Shown here in pieces: positions 10,749 to 20,711 of a DNA stretch of 64,000 bases. The notes under the pieces are model-generated. The model did no database searches. It worked only from the letters and a program-made list of their open reading frames with translations, and was not told where the DNA came from. The first letter of the stretch is position 1. Every line of letters starts with the position of its first letter. Made by a program: the position numbers and the translations under genes. Origin of the DNA: Zygnema circumcarinatum SAG 698-1b (Eukaryota > Plantae > Zygnematophyceae); assembly GCA_037447605.1 (NCBI GenBank), contig CM074815.1:186001-250000 (forward strand), given 5' to 3'.

Positions 10749-11686
10749 GGGTAGTGATATTTCCACCCCTTTTTTGGATCCAAACACCCCTTCCCGGCCG
10801 GGCAGCTTTCAAAAGGGATTAAAAAAGGAAAATGCTTTTTTCACACCTTTTTGGAATCGATACCCACCTTCTTCCGTCGGCTGATTTTATTTTTGCTAAC
10901 CAGGGAAAATGATACCTCGTCACCGCATTTTGAATACTGTATCCCGCCTCCCTGAATTTTATTTTTGAGGGAAAGAAATATCTGCCTGCCCGAATCCGCT
11001 CGGGGCGGAAGATCCGTCCGGCACGAGATCGTTCGCGGGTGTCAGTCCTTCACACGTGTTTGTCAATCGCAGCTGTCGATTCCCTCGCAGATCTTACCAC
11101 TGCAGATCACCGTTCGATCTGCAGCCGGGCTTGATCTCAGCGAATGGAAAGCGCCCACGAGTCCCGTCAAAGCCGGATCGCACGTGCGAGTGCGCGCGTA
11201 CCTCGGCCCGAGATCTTGTTCTACTGTCAGCTCCCAGCCAATCAACATTTACCACGTGTTAAATTTCTGACGTGGAAATTTTTGATTGGTCCAAACTCTC
11301 AATGTACAAAAATTTTGGTACGACCGTACCACATGTGTACGGACAATTTTTGAGACGACTTTGGCGGGATACGTGGGCCCGTGCCATTCGCTCTGACCGA
11401 GCCCGGCTGCAGATCAAATAGTGATCTGCCTCGTTGCGATCTGCGAGGGAATCGACGGCTGCGATTGACCGCACGCGAAAAAAAAAAATCAGGTAGGCGG
11501 GATATTCAAATGGAGTGACGGGTTATTATTTTCTTTGTTTCGCAAAAATACAATCTGCCGATGGAGGGTGGGTATCGATTCCAAAAAGGTGTGAAAAAAG
11601 CATTTTCCGTTTTTAATCCTTTTTGAAATCTGCCCGGCCGGGAAGGGGTGTTTGGATCCAAAAAAGGGGTGGAAATATCACTACCC
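10749..11686. mobile_element. Non-autonomous long-TIR (Mutator/foldback-like) DNA transposon, 938 bp, with 8-bp TSD
   Basis: Ends GGGTAGTGATATTTCC...GGAAATATCACTACCC; the outer ~120 bp of the two arms differ at only 3 positions. Inverted similarity continues to ~10960/11477 and again 11062-11172 vs 11357-11470. Flanked by the exact direct repeat TTTTCGAA (10741-10748, 11687-11694). No transposase ORF. Confidence 0.88.
11238..11289. promoter_or_regulatory. Inverted pair of ERSE-I consensus elements (CCAAT-N9-CCACG) with an overlapping UPRE-like TGACGTGG
   Basis: CCAAT 11238-42 + 9 nt + CCACG 11252-56; CGTGG 11271-75 + 9 nt + ATTGG 11285-89; TGACGTGG 11268-75. Motif match only. Confidence 0.45.
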
Positions 11687-11766
11687 TTTTCGAAAGGGCG
11701 TTACAGTACCCTAAAAACCGAACAGGGTGAGAAATTGAGAAACGAGTTTACTTAATTTCTCGATTA

Positions 11767-11963
11767 GGGGGAGTCAGACCTTGACCATCGCGAAATTCCC
11801 GAATTTCTTATACTAAAAGTCTCTTCTTTCGTGTACGAATTCCGGGTCGGGATCCGCGGCTCCGCCGTACACAGCCGTACCGAAATGCGTACTTAGCCAA
11901 TGCTGAATTCGCCCGACAGGCTTACGAAATTGATTTGGCGATGGTCAAGGTCTAACTCCCCCC
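11767..11963. mobile_element. MITE, ~197 bp, TIR GGGGGAGTCAGACCTTGACCATCG, flanked by TA
   Basis: Left GGGGGAGTCAGACCTTGACCATCG, right CGATGGTCAAGGTCTAACTCCCCCC, with TA on both sides. Confidence 0.72.
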
Positions 11964-12106
11964 TAACTGGGTTGAACTGTGAACACTCGAGGTCGAAACT
12001 TTTTCGATTTAAGAGCGAAAAGTTCAAAGACTCAATTGGTTCGGTCGCAAGTGTGAATTCCACTTTTTTCCAGGTTAATTTCGTACGATCCGAGGGATCC
12101 GGTTAC

Positions 12107-12370
12107 AGTCAGACCTTGACCATCGCCCGCGGAATTGAAAGCTTCCGCCGGCGAAAAGGTATTGATTTCGATTGCAGAATTCGGATCGGAAACCCCCCGA
12201 ACCTGTCTGTCCCGTCCGTACTTCGAAATAGGTTACAAAAATGAGATACAGGCTCGGCGCCCGAGCCTGTCGAACGTCCACTTTTGGCGAAAAAGGCCTG
12301 CCGTACAAAGCAGAATTGGCCCGACGGGCTGGCGAAATTGATTTGGAAATGGACAAGGTCTGACTCCCCC
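12107..12370. mobile_element. Second, related MITE copy (left TIR truncated)
   Basis: Left AGTCAGACCTTGACCATCG, right GGACAAGGTCTGACTCCCCC followed by TA. The subterminal GAATT.GCCCGAC.GGCT..CGAAATTGATTTGG is shared with the 11767-11963 copy. Confidence 0.65.
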
Positions 12371-12479
12371 TAATTTTCCACCCTGGTTTTGGCCAATATG
12401 CGGCGAAAGTATTGATTTTGCATATATAAGGTTCGTGTTACCAATAGACGGGCGGTATTATGTTAGAGTTCATGTTGGA

Positions 12480-12932
12480 CCGTACGTATCATATCGTATC
12501 GTACTGTTTACTGTTTACTGTTTATTGTACTGTTTAGCGTCGTATCGTATTGTGCCATATCGTAACACATAGACGTAGTTTTCCGCTGTGTTGTTCGTCT
12601 CAGCTCGTACGGCTAGTACCGTATCGGGGCGTTTCGTATCGTACCGTACCATATCGTACCGTATCGTACTGTGACGGCTACAGTACTACAGCTCGTACGG
12701 CTAGTACGAATAATACCGTATCGGGGGGTTTCGTATCGTACCGTATCGTACCGTATCGTGCCGAAGCCAAGAAGAAGGGGAGAAGAGAGAGCGCCTCTTA
12801 CGGCCGCTCGTGCGGGGAGATTAGGTGAACTTTTGCGTAAGCCCGTAACGGCTAGTACAGCTAGTACGGCTAGTACGGTTAGTATGGTTAGTACGGACAG
12901 TACTAATAGTACGGCTAACTCAAAGTTACCGT
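12480..12932. repeat. GTAC/CGTAT-rich degenerate repeat (ACCGTATCGT and GGCTAGTAC units)
   Basis: About 20 GTAC tetramers counted by eye; two similar ~60-bp blocks at ~12610 and ~12700. Confidence 0.85.
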
Positions 12933-13425
12933 ACAAAAAGGTGGTTTTGGCAAAATCGGGGCGAATTTCTTGGGGACGCACTCCTCAGGGCGGTAAATCC
13001 GAGGACTGTTGACTGTAACCCGTGCTCCATTTTTTTCGTACGACTCTTGTCTCTAGCAGGAACTGAACGGCCAGTGCCAACCTGACACATAGGCACAAAT
13101 TTTTCTAGTTTGCGATCGCTGTTGGCAGCTGTGTGGTATGGAACTAGTCCTCCATGGAACCCGCCCCCGCCCCCTGCCCTCAACAGCGCCCAACAGAACG
13201 AGCAGCAACTGGAATAAAACTGAACAGTGTGCTGCATCACGGTACCCCTGTGAGATCTCTCCCACTCCCCCTCTCCCCCTCTCAGCTCCCTCCCTCTCTC
13301 CCTCTCTCCCTCTCTCCCTCTCTCCCTCTCCCCCTCCCTCCCTGAGCTCCCTCCCTCTCTCCCTCCCTCTCTCCCTTTCTCTCTCCCTCTTTCTCTCCCT
13401 CTCTGTCTCTCGTGCCTCTGCCGCC

Positions 13426-15498
13426 ATGGACGCGTCCAGCAGAGAACGCAGAACGGAACTGCGAGCAGAGAGAGAGCCGGATTCTTCGGACTTGTTCCAC
13501 AGGGCGGAGGGCGGGGGGGAGGGCGGGCTTGGAGCCAACGGCAGCGTGGGCCATCAGAGCGCTGCCGCCAGGTGGGGCCGGAGAAATCCTTAATCATCAT
13601 TTTGTTCTTAGCCTTCTGAGGCCCTCAATTTGGAATATCTAACGCCTTGAATACGGCTTGATCTTGAAACCCATTTCGCTTCAAAGACACGTGACATGAC
13701 ACCTTGCTCTAGCTCACAAGCATTGAAGGCCCCAGTTTCATGAAATTCTAAATTTTTGGGACCCCTGAAACATGAAGAACGGAACGAGACGAAAACCGTA
13801 ATGTCGTGAAACACTAATGTCGTGAAACACTAATGTCGTGAAACACTAATTGCGTGAAACCTCAATTTCTTGAAGCGCTGCATTTTGGAAATTATAATTC
13901 TTTGAGTCCTGGCTACTTTAAGACTTATAACGTTCCTGGGAGCCCCCGCAAGCCCTGACATCTACAAACCCTAATTCAACCCTCAACAATCCCCTAATTG
14001 ACACCTTACAGCCACTGAATGCTCGAAGAAATTTCAACAATGTCACGCCAAAAAATCTTCACGATAGAAAATTGAACACCTTCAGAATCCTGAGCACTTA
14101 AGCCAGTTTAATCTTTCACTTCTTTTTAATGGCCTCCTTAGGAACTTCGGATTTTAGGGTTCCAAGAAACCCTAAATACTTATCTTCTAACCATTCCGCT
14201 CCCTGCTGTGGGAGAGTAGGCCTGATAGTGCAGGCAGCGACCCTCCCTCTGCAGAGGAGGAGAGGAGGCAGCGGGAGAGCGATGAGAGAGAGAGGCGATT
14301 GCGGGAGGGAGAGGAGAGAGAGAGACGAAGCCGCCAACTTCGGGAAGGTCTTCATCCTCTACAGGTGGGCTCCACAAGGGAGAGAGAGGGAGAGGGAGAG
14401 GGAGAGTGTGTGTGTGTGAGAGAGAGAGAAAGAGAGAGAGAGCAAGCGATAGTACTGAGCAGTTCTATGAGTTTTTAGGGTTTCTCGGATTTTCATGCTT
14501 TTTTGAGTGTTTAGTTCTGCGAAGACTTCGTTCAGGGAGCAATCTTCGGGTTTCCATGCACACCCTTCAACAGGTTTTGTGCCCAAGTTTTCCTCTCTGC
14601 ATCTTTATCTTTCTTCGTCTTTCATTCATTTGTTTGTTAACTCACTCAGTCACTTGCTCACTCACTCACTCACTCACTCACTCACTCCCTCACCTACTTA
14701 TTTTATTGGTTATCTGTTTATTCTATTTCAAAATATTTCTTCTTTGAGATACAGAACCGTTTTGTCCTGTGGTACACTCGCTGGCCCCGAGGGGGTGCTC
14801 CGGCTGTACGGACCCAAACTGCATACGAAGACAACATCAAGAGAGTGGCGGAGTTCAGCACGGTAACAGGCCTCTGCGTTTTAGGGTTCAGGTTTCATTT
14901 CTCAGGTGTTGGCTTTAGGGTTTCAGGGTCCAAGTTGAGTAGAGCTTTCGGGGTCTTTGGAGACTTTGAGATTTTTACGATTCAGGTTCTTAGAATTACA
15001 GAATTTTTCAGTTAATTCACGTTTTTTTAAGATTTTTGTGCTTCATTTTTCGTGCTGCATCTGAGCCTGCGATTTATGAATTCTTTAGCATGTAACGGGG
15101 GTCCAGGTGGAGGGATTTTGGGGATGCTACTGCCACTTGGTGAGAGCTTCAGCAATGCCTCAACAATCAGATTTTCATCTTTTTAAAGAGGGAATTCGGC
15201 CCCTTTGGGAGGTATTTACCTTCTTCCGTCCTCCCAACCATTTGAGTTTCGTTGTTAAAGAGATCGAGCTTGTTGAAGTTACAGTCGATTTAATCTTACC
15301 TTTTTTTCTGAAAGGATGTTTCAAGATTGTGAAGCTTTTCTTTGAGGAGATCTTTCAGAGTGATTGTCAGTTTTCATGCTTTGAAAACCTTGAGAATAAA
15401 GTCAGGCGCTTCCAGGGGGGGGAGGGAGAGATGCGGAAAACTGCGCGGGAGAGTGAGGTAGGATTTGGAGGAGAGAGTGGGAGAGAGAAAAAGAGATA

Positions 15499-15570
<72 letters not shown>

Positions 15571-16925
15571 GAGAGACAGATCGCTATTCATTCCTTGTCT
15601 GGCGGCAAGAGCAGGATCCCAACAACCGAAACGGAGGAAAATGGGTTCTCCGTTTTAAGAAAGGCCTCGCCGGACGCTACTGGGAAGACTTGGTGTGTAC
15701 CATACATTGAAATAAACCCTTATAAGGAAACCAACTCGAAAGAAAGCATGGCGTGTTGCTTGTTTGAGCGCTTTCAGTTCCAGTTGCGAGTCTCGAGTCT
15801 CGAGTTTCCTTGCTTACCACTCTATAACCGTATAACCCTAAAAAGCCTAAACCTGCAACTTTACAATCTTACGGTAAACTCTAACCCTACCATACACATA
15901 CCCTACCATACACATACCCCACCATACACATACCCCACCATACACATACCCCACCATACACATACCCCACCATACACATACCCCACCATACACATACCCC
16001 ACCATACACATACCACACCATACACATACCCCACCATACACATACCCCACCATGCACATACCCACCATACACATACCCCACCATACACATACCCCACCAT
16101 ACACATACCCCACCATACACATACCCCACCATACACATACCCCACCATACACATACCCCTCCATACTCATACCCCACCATACACGTCGGACGTATTGTAC
16201 ACACATTGTACTGTACCCCATACAGTACAGTATGGTATGAGCGTACGGACGGAGGGGGGTGCAGGTGGCGGCGCTGGTGGGCGAGCAGTTGGGCGCGGCG
16301 GAGGCAGTCTGCGGCGCCGTCCTGAGCGCGCGCCACAGCGAGGACCTCATCAGCGTATGGAACCGCGACGCGCCCGACTCCAAGGTCCGTACGATAAAAG
16401 TACAAAAAAGTACAATAGAAAGTACAGTAAAAAGTACAAGAAAAAGTACAAGCAAAAGTACAACAGGAAAGTACAACAGGAAAGTACACAAGAGTACAGG
16501 AAGTACAAGAAGCTACAAAAGAAGGAGAAGATGGTACAGGAGAAAAAGGAAGCCGAAAGTGTGAAAGTGCTTTTGCAGATTTACTTGCACACATGTCTCG
16601 CGGTTCTCAGTCATTCGTCATTTGCTTTTTTTTTTGTTTTGTATGGGGCAGGCAGTGAATCTCTTAAAAGATTCAATTCGAAAGCATCTTCAGCTGCCGT
16701 CGTCCTTCGTCCTTGTAAGGATACCTCCCCTTCCCTTCCCTCCCTCCTCCCTCCCTCCCTCCCTCCCTCCCTCCCTCCCCCCCCCCTCGCCGCCNNNNNN
16801 NNNNCCCCGCCCCCTCGGTTTAAACGATTGTCATTATCTTCGGCTGGATTTGCAGGAATACAAACCTCATGATGTAGCTCTCAAAAGACATGTCCTCTTT
16901 CCGCAATACATGGGTTAACACCTGA
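13426..16925 (+). CDS. nCBP: Novel cap-binding protein (class II eIF4E, nCBP), ~275 aa, 8 exons; last exon has an apparent +1 frameshift
   Basis: ATG in GCCGCCATGG context. Exons 13426-13571, ~14220-14364 (acceptor uncertain), 14755-14862, 15107-15211, 15615-15692, 16265-16384, 16652-16714, 16856-16918 as written (16925 if the extra A is removed). Motifs: GLHPLQNRFVLWYTR, YEDNIK..EFSTVEGFW.CYCHL, FKEGIRPLWED..N.NGGKW, YWEDL.ALVGEQL, CGAVLS.R..EDLISVWNR, EYKPHD. Confidence 0.93.
13799..13860. repeat. 16-bp tandem repeat (TAATGTCGTGAAACAC) x ~3.7 in nCBP intron 1
   Basis: Three exact units plus one degenerate unit. Confidence 0.9.
15888..16184. repeat. 16-bp minisatellite (CCCCACCATACACATA) x ~18 in nCBP intron 5
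   Basis: Contiguous units with no unique spacers; source of the THTPPYTY/MCMVGY ORFs. Confidence 0.95.
16395..16512. repeat. AAAGTACAA-type short tandem repeat in nCBP intron 6
   Basis: About 9 degenerate 10-13-bp units. Confidence 0.8.
16795..16804. other. Assembly gap (10 N) in a C-rich run
   Basis: N characters inside nCBP intron 7. Confidence 0.99.
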
Positions 16926-17630
16926 GAGGGTCGCACCCCAACTGGATGTTCTCAGAGGGAAAGCACAGCGGAAACAAGTATTTCCATTCAATGTGCACCT
17001 TCGGTAGTTTTCCGTTCAACGGATTTTCCATGGACCAGTTTCAGAGCTTTCCTTTGCCATGTGGCCCATCTTGCGAAGAACATCTTTAGAAGAAGGCTCT
17101 GTTCAGTTCCGCTCCGTTGTAATTTTGTCCCATTTTTGGCCGTCCTGTTGGTTAAGTGAATTTGCAACTTTTCAATGGTGGAATGAGGGGTCGAATTGTA
17201 ATTGCATATTTTTGTTATTTTATGTATTCTTTTGTTCTTCAAAAAAAGGGCATCATCTGCATTATACTTCTGTTCTTGTATCTTCACTTTTTCTGGAAAC
17301 TTTTTTGAACTCAATTCCCTGCCTCGTAGTAACGCTCGTACGTTCCATGCCCTCCGTTGCGTTCACTGTGTCGTACTATCACCCATCCTCCGTCGTCGGT
17401 GACCAAAAAAGTAGTACGGTCAACTGTCAGTAAGTACTGTACGGCTTTCAATGACCGTACTGTAGGTACGCCACTGTACGGTCGGCTCGGGGAGGGAGGG
17501 AGAATCCCTCCCGCAGAAAATTTGTGGCAGAGCGCTCTCCACGACGACTGTGGGAGCCGGAGAGGGAGTGTAGAGAGACAGAGAGGAGAGAGGAGAGAGG
17601 GAGAGAGAGAGAGTATCGTGTTCTGCAGCC

Positions 17631-19557
17631 ATGGCCTGCTCCGCTTCCCTGCAGTGCGGCCTGCTTCCCTCCATGGCGTCCCTTTCCTCGCGGGACGCTC
17701 TGAGCGGGGCACGTGTCGCTGCCGTGGAGGGAGCTCAGCGCAGCGCCTCAGCGCCGCAGCGGTTGGTGGTGAAGGCCGCTACGGGCACACGCGTCCTGAA
17801 GAAGGTGATGCAGCCGGGCGTGATGTTGGGGGGGGGGGTGGAATGTTGGAGGTGCCATCTGGAGGTGCCATCATGGTGATGCAGGGGAGGGGGAAGGTGA
17901 TGTGGGATGGGAGGGTGGGGTGAGTGGAGATGTGATGTGGGGGCGAAGGTGATGTAGGAGAGGCTGTGATGTGGATGAAGGGTCATGTGTTTGGGGGGGT
18001 GGAAGGGAGAGGTGATGATGCAGATGGTGTGTGTGATGTAATCTCTCTGCTAACGATGATGTCGATGTTGGAGAGGTAGTTGGTGGATGGGTAAATGGGG
18101 GAGGGAGAGGAGAGCAGTCGGAGGAGGGAGTGTGATGGTGGGCCAGCGAGGATAGTGCAGAGAGTGTGAAGGGGAAGGGAGGACATGGAGAGAATATAGC
18201 AATCAGCTGTTGTTGGGGTTTCAGCTCTGGATCCGTCCATTGAGTGATGTGAATATGTCTATGTCTTGATGCATCAGCAGTGTGGATCATATTTTGTGAG
18301 GTGGTCCATTTAATATCCTCCCACCTCTCTCTCTCTCTCTCTCCTCTTTCCCCCTATCTCTGTGCTGGTGTGTATCCGGCTGTTAATATTGTAAATGTGA
18401 TCCTCCCTCTTGGCTGTGTTCCTTTTTGTTGATCGTTTTTTTTACTTGCGTGTGTGTGTGTGAGACAGAGAGAGAGAGAAAGAGAGAGAATTCTCGACTC
18501 AACCAAAAAGAACTACATGGCGATAGGAACTTTTTTTGTCGATTGTCTTTCCTGTTCGCCTTTCTGTCTTTGCTTGAAAATAAACAAATAAGACAAACTT
18601 TATCTTCTTGATGTTCCTCACCTCCCCATATTTTTCCCAAATCTTCTGTTTGAGTCAAAAGTTGACCTGTGTCACTCTCAGATGTGTTACTGGTCCCCCT
18701 TATCCATCACTTACCAAGTTTTTGCAAATTGTCATGCTACATCTTTGAGCATGCATGCATCAATATCTGTTCATTATTCTCTTGAACAATAGCAAAGTTT
18801 AACTTGCCTGATCTATTCAACGCAGACATAACTGCTAACTGCCGTCATAGACAGCCTCAAAAAAGAAAAAAAGTTCAAGCCCAAAACCACTGTCATTCAT
18901 TCATTCAGTCACTTCTAAAACCCCTGCACGCCCTCCGAGTCCTTAAAAGCCATTTTCAAGGTCAAGCAAATCTTGTTAAAGTCAACCCTAACCGGCCGTC
19001 GATCTCTGTTATCCCCCAAACCATAAACTACCTTAAAACTCTTAAACCGACAAGCCCTAAACGCTTCAAGTTGGACACTCTGAACTGCACCTTCTGAAGT
19101 TCTGTCTCTTTCCCCTCTTCTTCTGCAGCTGAAAGTTCTGGCCATCGGAGACAAGTCCGGCACTATTCGTGTGAAGGCGGAGACAGGAGGAGACTCTCAA
19201 GTGAAGCTTCTCTCCCGCGTGCAGGAGCTCCGTCTCCTCTCTAAGGCAGAGAAGGCAGGACTCCTTACTCTTGCAGAGAAATTCGGCCTCTCTTTAGGTA
19301 CAATAGAAAAGCTTGGACTCCTATCGAAAGCTGAGCAATCAGGGGTCCTTTCTGCCGTAGCCGATCCGAGCACCCCCAAATTGCTCCTTACTATTTCTCT
19401 CGCTCTCCTAGTGGCGGGACCCGCCATAGTATTTGTGATCCCAGAAGATAATGCAGTGGAAGTTGTGGCGCAAATCTTGGTAGCTCTGCTGACAGTTGTG
19501 GGAGGCGCAGCAGCTTTCGGAGGGTCGCAGCTGGTTGGGTCCCTGCAAGAGAAGTGA
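17631..19557 (+). CDS. DUF1118 / RIQ-like thylakoid membrane protein with chloroplast transit peptide, ~200 aa, 2 exons
   Basis: Exon 17631-17804 is an Ala/Ser/Arg-rich transit-like peptide ending VVKA; exon 19129-19557 joins in phase 0. The segment [49 protein letters not shown] followed by two hydrophobic helices and a VIPED loop matches the DUF1118 family (Arabidopsis RIQ1/RIQ2). The paralogue cannot be assigned by eye. Confidence 0.88.
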
Positions 19558-19565
19558 GAAAATTA

Positions 19566-19682
19566 GGGCTCAGGGTTCAGGGTTCAGGGCTCAGGGTTCA
19601 GGGCTCAGGGTTCAGGGCTCAGGGTTCAGGGCTCAGGGTTCAGGGCTCAGGGTTCAGGGCTCAGGGTTTAGGGCTCAGGGTC
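19566..19682 (+). repeat. Telomere-like heptamer array (CAGGGTT/CAGGGCT)n just after the DUF1118 stop
   Basis: About 16-17 contiguous 7-mers, variants of plant TTTAGGG (one TTTAGGG unit present). Confidence 0.9.
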
Positions 19683-20652
19683 AGAGTGCAAAGTTAGGGT
19701 TAAGGTTGAAGGTGTAGAGTAGTAGAGGAGGAAGCTGGGGGTTCTGTCCTACCAGCTGGTCAGAAATAAGGAACTTTGCATTATTTGGAAGTGGCAGGCG
19801 TACAGGCAAAAGGTGATAGCTCTAATGTGTTAAGTTTCTGCCTGCCCACCCCCTTGCCCCCTTTTTCCCCCTTGTCCCCCCTCTGTTTTTGAGGTGATCG
19901 GTAGAAGAAGGTTAGTTCGGTAGTGGAGGGTTCAGAGTGAGGGAGGCGACACGGCAGTCTTCGCTTTCCTTTTTTGTATGCAGCTCTCATTTTTGGAAAC
20001 GCGCTCTTTTTAAAGAGAAAGCTCATTCGCCCTGCTCTCCCACTGCGTGGTTCCTAGTGGTTTCCGCTTCCAACAATGCTATTGATTTCATGATATGACA
20101 ACATGTAGTACAGTATAGGAACATAACAGCTTGTATAGAACAACATTCAATCATTGATTTTTTCTGCTATATAGAAAAAATATTACAGATATGCCCCACA
20201 CTGACGTTTGTTTTCAGTTTCTAGGTTCAAGAAACTTGAAAGATCACATGTTGAAGGTTGTACTAAGCTCGTGCAGTACTCGTACTACCAAGTTTCCATG
20301 ATGTGAAAAAAATTGTAAAAAAAGACGTTGTTCAACAAGAAGGCCACTACACCTCGCCGACATTCCCTTTAGGGCTCGCACTCTGTACCATTCCTGGTTC
20401 GCAAACCGCAAACTGCAAACCGGAAACTGCAAACCAGAAACAACAAACCACAAACCCTAAACTGCAGTTATCCATAGTGACATCACGAACGTCATTTATT
20501 TCGACGCTGTACGATAATAAAATGACGTCAGTGGAGAATTGGCAAATGACAGCTGCCACGTCAGCCAACCTCACACATGCGGGAGGCCGCTGCCAGATTT
20601 CTCGCAATTTGATTGGTCAACAGCTTCACCGAAAAACTTGAGAGGAGACCAG

Positions 20653-20711
20653 CCAATGGGTGTACGTCACGTGGATGACTTGGATCTGTCAACCAATAAG
20701 TATATGCCACG
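20653..20711 (+). promoter_or_regulatory. Two tandem ERSE-type elements upstream of LACS
   Basis: CCAAT 20653-57 + 10 nt + CACG 20668-71; CCAAT 20693-97 + 9 nt + CCACG 20707-11. Motif match only. Confidence 0.42.

Noticed and set aside
15888-16184. Possible CRISPR-like array (also considered for 9925-10083 and 13799-13860)
   Set aside because: Units are contiguous without unique spacers, eukaryotic context, no cas genes.
15595-16872. 425-aa ORF spanning nCBP exons 5-8
   Set aside because: Different frame from nCBP, running through two tandem-repeat introns and an N gap.
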